IMG/VR virus record: IMGVR_UViG_3300034111_000335
Span: 32,001 to 96,000 of that record
Length of the DNA stretch: 64,000 bases
Source of the DNA: a virus
Direction: 5' to 3' (one strand)
Below are positions 48,401-54,900 of this stretch, piece after piece. Position numbers and translations under genes: made by a program. The first letter of the stretch is position 1, and every line of letters begins with the position of its first letter. The notes beneath the pieces were generated by a model that saw only the letters and a list, made by a program, of their open reading frames with translations, did no database searches and was not told the origin of the DNA.

Positions 48401-50940
48401 AGACTAACGCTTTGCATAAACTATTCCAACAAACTGGACTTAGATTTAAAAGTAATCCAGAAGAAGTAGACATAAATAAGTTCTACTTACTTAAGTCAAA
48501 CAAGAATAAAAATACTAAAGAGATTGAGTTAGGTGGTTTGTATGACGCTGATGGAGTAAATCTTATATCTGACGTAATCAACGAGTTTATTAACGGTCAC
48601 GTAGATATTGAAAACGAAGACTGGATTAACTTCTTTAACGCAGATAGAGAAAGAACACCTTTAATTCTTCAGATGGTTCTTAACGGTACTCCTGTAGATG
48701 AAGCTATTTTATTGGTTAACCAACCTATCATCCAACATTATATTAGATCTAGTAAGATTACTAAAGTAGGTAAAGCATTAGGACAGAAACCTGCTGACTT
48801 GTTTAAGGACTACATTATTCCTGCACTAAACTTTTTAGGAGAAAAACCAGTCTTTGTAGAAGGTCAGATAGACGAAGCTCTTACTGTAGAAAAGGTTCTT
48901 AGCACACCTAGTATTACAAGTGCTTTATCTGCAGAAAACTTTAACAAAGAAAACTATCCTCCTAACCCTAATGTAATTAGAAGTTCTTACGAAAAGATCA
49001 AAGCTAATAGAAATAGTAAAGAAGGAACTGAAGCACTAAGAGCACAGTTAGCATTTATAACTCAGTACTATGTTGTTAAGCAACAGAACCAAATTTTATT
49101 GTCGTTAACCAGTAACATAGATTTCAACACAGCTAACTATCGTATTAATACAGAATTCTATGCTACTTCTACAGGTATTAATGAAGCGAGAGAAAACTTT
49201 AACAGTGAGGCAATTGATAAAATTCTTACAAACAGTGTTGTTTCTCCATTTAACGTCCTTGAAGCCAATCAATCTGTAGTAGATCAAGTGTGGGACTTCT
49301 TTTCTCTTCCGCTAGTTAAGGATTATTTATATAAAGTTAAGCAAGAGTATGGTAAGTATTGGAGTAGAGACAAGACAGTTAGAAACTTTAACCAACTTAT
49401 GAACTCTATGATGCTGTCTTTCTTTCAGAATATTCCAGAACTTAAACCTTTGTATGCTAAGTATAGTGCTGAATCAGGTCTATTAGATATTAAGTCTGGA
49501 AATAACTTACGTGCTAGGTTTGACAGAATATTTAACAACACAGAAGATCCAAAGATAAAAGCCTTTGCCTCTAATAATATTATCCTAAATAACTTTACTT
49601 CTATCATGGTAGAAGGAACTAGCATGTTCTATCCTGGTATGCTAACTAACGAGAAGGATGTAGACACAGTAAACGCAGGACAAAAAGACTTCTCTGATGG
49701 ACTTAATCATCCTAATCCAGAAGTAAGAGGATTCTTTAGTGATCTAGCTAATGCTGTTTTATTAGGACAAGGATCTAACATTAGGTATCGTTCTATCCAT
49801 AACTTTATTCCTATGGAAGCTCAGACTGAAAGTATGATTGAATTGTCTATTGTTCTTAAAAAGATTAAAGAGTCTATAGATAACCTAGAGACTGCAGAAT
49901 TCTTAAAGGATCTTTTAAATAAGACTACAAAGACTCATGCATCTATCTACTGGCCAAGTAAACAAAACAAAGTAGTAGTTACTAATAAGATGAAAACTTT
50001 CCCTGACTTTAGACAAGTAATAGAAGAGAAGCCTCAGATTACTAGTAACGATGACTTAGATGAAGCTATGATCTATGCACAAGAATCTTCTAGTGATGCT
50101 CCTGAACCTGACTTCAATAGTATGGATGAGGAGTTTATCATAGCTAAGAAGCTTGAGGAAAAGAAAGCAAAGGCAACTGTTCCTCCACAGAAAATTACTA
50201 CTCAATCATCTACTATTGTTAAAATAGATTTCCAGGAAGAACCTACATCAGGATATAAAAATAGAACTATTAAGAATGCAAGTGCTGATGCTACAATAGC
50301 AATAGCCGTTGACTTTAATACAGCTGGAGAGAAACTAACCAAGTCATCTGTAGAAAGCCAGGGTAAGAAATACATAGCCAGAAACCTTGACGAGATGTTT
50401 GTTCCTGTAGATCCGTTTAACGCAAGTAAAGGATATGAGCTCAATGACAAGGCAATATTTAATATGGCAGAAAGTATTGTAGCTGATTTGAACAACGCAA
50501 ATGCCAGGACGCTTAACATAGCCGGTAATGGTATCTACACAATGAAAGGAAAATATCCTCAAGCTTTGTTAGATGGTGCCATGGAACGTTTGCTGGAATA
50601 TGTCACTCTATCTGATAACTTGAAAAACAAGATTGTTTCAGTTAGAAGTGGTGGGCAAACTGGGATAGATGAAGCAGGAGCTAAAGCAGGTATCAAACTG
50701 GGTATTCCTACTACTGTTCTTGCTCCTAAAGGATGGAAATTTAGAAATGAATCTGGTACAGATATATCTAATGAACAAGCATTTAAAGCTAGATTTGTTT
50801 CTACTCAACCATCTACTCTACCTAAAAATCTAACACTTAAGAACGGAGTTTCCTACCCAATAACAGATATAGACATACCCTTACTAGAAAGCTTAGGGTA
50901 TAGTGCAAAAGAAATGAACGAAGTATTTAATAACTGCTAA
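42403..50940 (+). CDS. Virion-packaged DNA-dependent RNA polymerase (crAss-like, single-chain double-psi-barrel) with N-terminal zincin-like and C-terminal SLOG-like domains
   Basis: Catalytic GSDFDIDK (DFDID at 47710-24) preceded by RIPVQG. HEGWH...EEVLAEEF zincin-like motif (43012-26). C-terminal SGGQTGID domain. Confidence 0.9.
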   Translation: MICPNLSDSKIRAEFTHLSNLVGEDFAYFVWNRNGGYPLDKTVIKIKGKETVVDNPLYAHFLDSYKNVKQATLATSIFYSKKLHKNNPNFKDLPVQEQANIIHNFVQENETLEKASERVMKFIAQGFKAERIISENLQKVAFDEARKIANGRQLLDSYMWFKSSPLSQHLDFVNMQNKEESSFATWTKSAITLYKGSDYSDLYHEGWHEFTQRFMTKEQRTALYQTVKSRPSTATINGVQVPYYALTNRQIEEVLAEEFRRFALNKSNPEVIPPVVETPVRNVFQRIWDFLTSLFIVSPQEVAQQDQDALVEGVVGLFEKLYANQLSEYRPNASNISEKVLNRNKEFQINYKAKDGRIIPFGYNALEAAEIFSAIDYFLADAMDNFTDAEGNPTKLEMSFLMDPKLKSIYLPKLYESARDSMLQYINALQGEVPTADEATAAVLNSRIKNLKGLVVRTAENDGWAEVVKNHQKNSKGGVFYSGNNLNTADVDNRLDETNEENFTRDSRSFANAEDVDPMSLASPEILQLIKTLPGIYYNNKGELITATGNSFGLPQAGDFLRNKNLVLNKVSGAINYEEAIQRLRNSLDIAPQLQNLINRLPNTSDTLSLAQMALKAQFMQFAAMPTVAPYEVKSRIKSTAAKVSKNKDSVMEHVTFLNNTMSQEKLIEHFDQNFVTNRLRKYRITDPTESTLAVFDSAGILSDYAAYKEVGFTSDKAVFEFLNDAFGIDLVNNKNPNLLFNKKGEVQLSVNPIFTPTNIRNINKIANNALFKLNLISMLPSEVTVPTVGSNPLLTLSSDISKQLKAQIDALPNNPKNKEIKEYLAKHFKAATLDNERTSAFSTFEKIYNISNSASYISPEGNLEYAIREWNHLLDTVSKINSVQTKFDLTGHLNPETNNFIEHSIIMKRMFRADNGERRLTNSGEDVELRVTNMSGYTIGTTMGDKTTNLTGDGKLLQDFIAFKKDAVVENMRVGAKSSSFATFLNGNKLDREYFPLEEYNFKNKAVLSSSFIAQMQQYLYFEAMRMFDDKAKSNKKEILGSDFIIFKDMIPDSIQSRVKEAVANAESKAALKGALTGMFGMSSNSLYGEFKNALTDYFANSVQTLRTSFKEILSKGENKDLAQQFNRLYPKNSGSAYTDEEIDSNLMHFTTNYYVHQVELLHLTVGDPSNFQIKNSDWRGLFKRLGATISPGKQPRLDSQDINSWNTSSNGSLSRGLEEIQRGTGKSRQYDNNLNYVQYEDVKTFDYLDESTKESIRESMRENYLSALATVKGALTPEDISRETAKIDKNLDAVFEQGKESDAQAYAGLDFIRFYLNSVGEWPNDLEQAYKHELEVFKAIKKYRQSNSDQDKAEVYSLIAKSNLGILTSLKLGYYGSPTDFTKYNVLGKYSVFPLSPSMVFDTDLEDVMMDYLDKGVDLATFSSGNKMALPTKELPYYEKKVVKGKSEYVEGDNGQLKIGKVDPEAVIRLPIDGLRRQQYIAPKTKNEATLSTQMVKLIFSNFYVGGDINPAYAHLEEKINNLQEAFIDNIKVIVDVEKAKIYSKIGATVGADGNITGINTADFTSWLHSEFDKKDVPTSVYSFLRPTVNNSFVFSVDAGVQRSLIDQIISSALSKRVLRPKLFGEAYIQLASTGFNKLGTRMKKPTTSQLKSIAKGFNVSGLRDYRIENGVVQPADVLIPFNPKKHTPLLNLEWNGAPIQTLDRLNQALEDDAWVAEHSAKISIVGVRIPVQGLNSMEHFRVRRFLSNVGGPVMVVPPSIVTKSGSDFDIDKLFMYEPELDDNGNLVSNSRLSDPEFRTQVIDNILAKNEFLALRADSLQTLFASADFKEAGLVSKEIETLKKFIDDLKEAKNSGDQDAITEFKENIGPLNMKLGIAIERFKTLRSQDPKVVEMLQNLVSANEILADMKDISEKALKGSASNNMISVIASVLSEPSIFTEFTKPNTNVILPAIAEEYQKLKGKESRISSSAMFLIETSVRIFTENNLGKKSLGVDAKTNALHKLFQQTGLRFKSNPEEVDINKFYLLKSNKNKNTKEIELGGLYDADGVNLISDVINEFINGHVDIENEDWINFFNADRERTPLILQMVLNGTPVDEAILLVNQPIIQHYIRSSKITKVGKALGQKPADLFKDYIIPALNFLGEKPVFVEGQIDEALTVEKVLSTPSITSALSAENFNKENYPPNPNVIRSSYEKIKANRNSKEGTEALRAQLAFITQYYVVKQQNQILLSLTSNIDFNTANYRINTEFYATSTGINEARENFNSEAIDKILTNSVVSPFNVLEANQSVVDQVWDFFSLPLVKDYLYKVKQEYGKYWSRDKTVRNFNQLMNSMMLSFFQNIPELKPLYAKYSAESGLLDIKSGNNLRARFDRIFNNTEDPKIKAFASNNIILNNFTSIMVEGTSMFYPGMLTNEKDVDTVNAGQKDFSDGLNHPNPEVRGFFSDLANAVLLGQGSNIRYRSIHNFIPMEAQTESMIELSIVLKKIKESIDNLETAEFLKDLLNKTTKTHASIYWPSKQNKVVVTNKMKTFPDFRQVIEEKPQITSNDDLDEAMIYAQESSSDAPEPDFNSMDEEFIIAKKLEEKKAKATVPPQKITTQSSTIVKIDFQEEPTSGYKNRTIKNASADATIAIAVDFNTAGEKLTKSSVESQGKKYIARNLDEMFVPVDPFNASKGYELNDKAIFNMAESIVADLNNANARTLNIAGNGIYTMKGKYPQALLDGAMERLLEYVTLSDNLKNKIVSVRSGGQTGIDEAGAKAGIKLGIPTTVLAPKGWKFRNESGTDISNEQAFKARFVSTQPSTLPKNLTLKNGVSYPITDIDIPLLESLGYSAKEMNEVFNNC
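50198..50817 (+). repeat. 17-nt direct repeats (1 mismatch) bracketing an in-frame domain cassette
   Basis: ctactcaatcatctact (50198-214) and ctactcaaccatctact (50801-817), 603 nt apart, encoding TQSST and TQPST. Confidence 0.7.
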
Positions 50941-50942
50941 AA

Positions 50943-51929
50943 ATGATTTGCCCTAACAAAAATACACCTGAGTGGAAAGCTATATCAAATGCTCATCCTA
51001 CACTAGCATATTACCTGTGGAATAAGTACGAGGGTAATATACCTTCGTACTATACACAATCCGTAGGTAAGGAAGGAGTAACAGAACTGTTTGAATCTAC
51101 TCCTGAGTTAGCTAATATAGGTACACCTCAACAATACTCTCAGTACTTAGATTCTATCTTTCCTGAAAGTAAAGTAAAAGATATTGTTTATCATGGTACT
51201 CATACTAGATTCAATAAGTTTGATAAAAGTTTATCTGGAAGTAAAACAAAAGCCTCTATTAACGGTAAAGGGTTTTTCTTTTCAAACAGTTTAGGTATAG
51301 CACAAGGATATAGACAAAGTTTAGAGCAGTCCAATATTTATAACGATGTTATATTTTATTACTATTTTAAAAGAGATCTGGCTAATAAAAATATTAAAGA
51401 TGTAACTCAAGAAGAGTGGCAAGAAATAGTATTAAATTATTTTGGATCTGAAGACTTAAATGTTCAATATTTACAAAGACAGTCTTTAGATAAAACAAAA
51501 GAACTTTTTGAAAAATTTAAAAATGATAAACAATTTAATACTGTTCAATATGTAGATGAACTTGATTTTTCAGAATATTTAAAAGATGATTCTATAGTTT
51601 ATTCAGCATTATTAGAAGTAAATAATCCTTTGGTTGTTGAAGGAAATAATTACCAAATGCTATCTATTGTTAAAAAAGAAATAGAAAAATTAGAAGAAAA
51701 TAATGATTCTATTATATTTAACAATGTAGAAGATGGAATGTCTGGTAGTTATAGAGGTGTTGCCAATACTTATACAGTATTTGAACCAGAACAAATTCAC
51801 ATACTAGGAAACAAACAAGACATAGAAGGGTTTAAACAATTTGTAAGCAACTCTAACCCTATGACTTCACCAGATATGTCTAACCTAGAAAATACTGAGT
51901 TCGAAGTGATTAAGTGTAGGGAAGATTAA
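50943..51929 (+). CDS. ADP-ribosyltransferase-like (ART-PolyVal-type) cargo protein
   Basis: VYHGT...FNKFD...GKGFFFS...AQGY...VNNPL...DSIIFNNV.D...YTVFEPEQI. N-terminal MICPN module shared with the RNAP. Confidence 0.72.
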   Translation: MICPNKNTPEWKAISNAHPTLAYYLWNKYEGNIPSYYTQSVGKEGVTELFESTPELANIGTPQQYSQYLDSIFPESKVKDIVYHGTHTRFNKFDKSLSGSKTKASINGKGFFFSNSLGIAQGYRQSLEQSNIYNDVIFYYYFKRDLANKNIKDVTQEEWQEIVLNYFGSEDLNVQYLQRQSLDKTKELFEKFKNDKQFNTVQYVDELDFSEYLKDDSIVYSALLEVNNPLVVEGNNYQMLSIVKKEIEKLEENNDSIIFNNVEDGMSGSYRGVANTYTVFEPEQIHILGNKQDIEGFKQFVSNSNPMTSPDMSNLENTEFEVIKCRED

Positions 51930-51937
51930 AAACCAAC

Positions 51938-51945
51938 TATATTTG
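51938..51945 (+). promoter_or_regulatory. -7 promoter box TATATTTG
   Basis: Exact box in the gap before ATG 51986. Confidence 0.6.
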
Positions 51946-51985
51946 TAAGTAAACAAGTAAACAATTTAAATTTAAATAAAACAAG

Positions 51986-54900
51986 ATGTCTAAAGGCTGT
52001 GTTATAAAATATACTAATCCCGTAACAGGGATGAATCAAACTTCTGTACTTGCTTATACTCTATCACAAGTAGGATATAGTAACGAGCAAGCTATAGACT
52101 TAGTTAAGCAAGGAAGTCTATATTCTAAAAAAGATGGATACAATACCTGGCCTAAACCTCTTAACAAGGATAAGAGTAGGTTTGGAAATTTTGTAGAAAT
52201 AGACTCAGACAACTTACTTAGAAACGTAGGTATTGATTCGTTAACCTCCGATCAAGTTAAGTATCTTAGAGCAGCTCAGGATTTATTTGAAGATGTTCAA
52301 GTAAGAATAGATAATCCTATTAATCTTACTACTCTAGTAGAGATGGCAAACTACATTAAAAACAATGGACTTGCCTCTGTAAGTATAGAGATTGTTAATC
52401 CAGAAGCACCAGTATTAGAAAGGATGTACAAAGTATATCCTATACCTTTTACTGAACTAAACATGGTATATCTTTCTAGTTTTATTGAAGGAGAAGTATT
52501 TAATAAACGTCTAGTAAATGGAGAAGAGTCACGTATAGAGTTCTTAAAGAAGTACGTAGACTTTCAAAATCCTGATGTCTATGATACTTTAGTTAAGATT
52601 CTAAACGACCCAGAGACTCCTGACTACGAGAAGTTTGTGATTAAAAAACTTTTACCTATTATAGACTTGATCCCTACAATCGGTTTAGACTTTTTTACAG
52701 GTAAAGACTTACAAAACAGAGATGTAATTCCTATGGGAGAGTATGTTCCTGAACTACATAAAATTAAACTAAATGTATTTGGATTAAAGAATAGAGGACT
52801 AGATTATTCTAGACGTGTTATTCTCCACGAGATTCTACACTCTGTTCTATCATCTACGTTACAAAATCCTACAAGCGAGATAGACAAAGAACTTGTAAAT
52901 AGTCTTAAGCCTATCCTTGCCTACTATCAACAGAAATATTCTACAAAAAAAAGAACAGACACTTACTATGGTTTTAAAGACATACACGAGTTTGTATCAG
53001 AGTTTTTTACTAATCCTGATTTCCGCAACACTCTAGAGTCGGAAGAACCAAACTGGTTTATTAAAATTATAGATGCTATCTTTAAGTTCTTTGGTAAGAA
53101 GTTAAATCTAAATCAAAATCCTAATAGCCTAGAGAATATAGATCTATTGATGGAAAACTTCTTCAATGAGATACTCCTTGCTCAAGATATTAATACTAGT
53201 ATTATATATACTAAGTTTGATTCTATACCCTATACTATGAGTGTGCCTCAAATGCTTGAGATGGATACGTTTGTAGAGGAGAATTCAGACTTCCTTACTC
53301 GTTTAGATGAACTATTACAGGACGAAAATCTAATCAACTGGAGTAAGGTAAGAGATCAAGCAGAGATTCTAGGAGTAAACGTAGGCAGTGTATTAAGAAC
53401 TAAGGACATGTTCGTAGAGATTTCTGCAGCTGAGGCTAAAGAGTCTTTTAAATCTTTAGTAAGTTTCTTCCATGATAGCTCTAAGTACTTAGCAAGTGTT
53501 CGTACTTCTCTTAACAAGATGTCTTCTGATCCTACAATAACCAAAGATCAACTGTTTAGACAAGCTTACCATGCTAAAGAGTTAGGAGAGCAGTATACAA
53601 ACCTAGCACAAAATTATCGTAGAGTTATGGGAGACCTAGGAGCAAACACTATTTTGGGTCAACAGTTGTTAAACTTAGAAGCTACTGCAGATTCTTTGTC
53701 TAAGGCTTATTTTAACAACGCTGTAGAGGCTTTAGCTATTAAGTTGGCAGATGAGTTCGCACCACAGACAAAAGACGCTCAGAAGCGAATCCAAGACAAT
53801 ATAGATAGGTTTAAAGTTTCATTAGCAAGTGCACAAAAACTAGGAAACACTAGACTTATAAAACTTACCGAAGATCGTATTAGGAATGAAGAAGCAAGAA
53901 TGTCTACCCTAGCTACTAAGACTAACTTACTAAAAGCACTTAGAGGTCAGATAAAAGACGTAGGAAACTTCTCTCTTTTCTTAGAGTCAGCAGGATTATC
54001 AGGAAACATTCTTACAGGTACTGTAGGAGGTATGATTGCTAATCAGTTTGATACAGCTAACGTAAAGGCTCAAGCAATGGAAGTTAAATTAAAGAAGATT
54101 GCAGATGAGTTACAAAACCACCTAAAGAGTAAAGGGATGGGAGTAAATACTGCATTCGACTTTGAAAATGTATTTGGACGTTTCATTAAGAAAGTAGAGA
54201 TTGTAGAAAACAAGAATGGAAAAATCTCTAAGAGAGAAACACTAGTTCTGTTGAGTGAGATGGATGAAGTTCGTTACAACAATCTTATAACTAAACTTAA
54301 AGCAGAGTTAAGAGAATTAAAACAAACTAAGGTACAAGACTCTACAGTAAAAGATTTAATCAGAGCTAAAGAAGAAGAGATTCGTAGAACAAGATCTGAG
54401 TTTGAAGTACAGCCTTTTGAAGATATCTACTATCAAATTCAGAACATGCTTAGTGCAGAAGCTAAAGAAGCTAGAGACTTAATCTTTGAAGAGATGAATA
54501 AGATCCAAGTAGGAAGTCTTACAGAAGAAAACTCAGAAGAACAGTTAGATAAATTAGATGACTTAAAAGAAGAACTAGACTTACTAGAATCTGATTACGA
54601 TAAAAACAAAAACTTAAAAGATGAAGCAGGACTTAGAATTGCTGCTAACATTAGAGAATGGAAGAAGAGTAGAGCTGCTGCAGAACTTTATACTTACACT
54701 ATCAGTAAAGAAAACCAAGCACTTTTTGACTCTCAACTAAATTCTAAAAAAACAGCTTACGATAAAGCAGCTGCTGACTATCAACAAGCAGTAGACGACA
54801 ATGCTGATGCTGATACCTTAGACTACAAGAAACAAACAGTAGATTACTATAAGAAACAGTTTGAGTTGTGGAAAGCAAACAACTGCGTAAGAAAAATTGA

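Noticed and set aside
7919-50940. Inteins or self-splicing introns in TerL, MCP or RNAP
   Set aside because: ORFs are uninterrupted and of normal size, with no HN-C/S/T splice junctions or homing endonuclease motifs seen. The terminal Cys are not in a Hint context.
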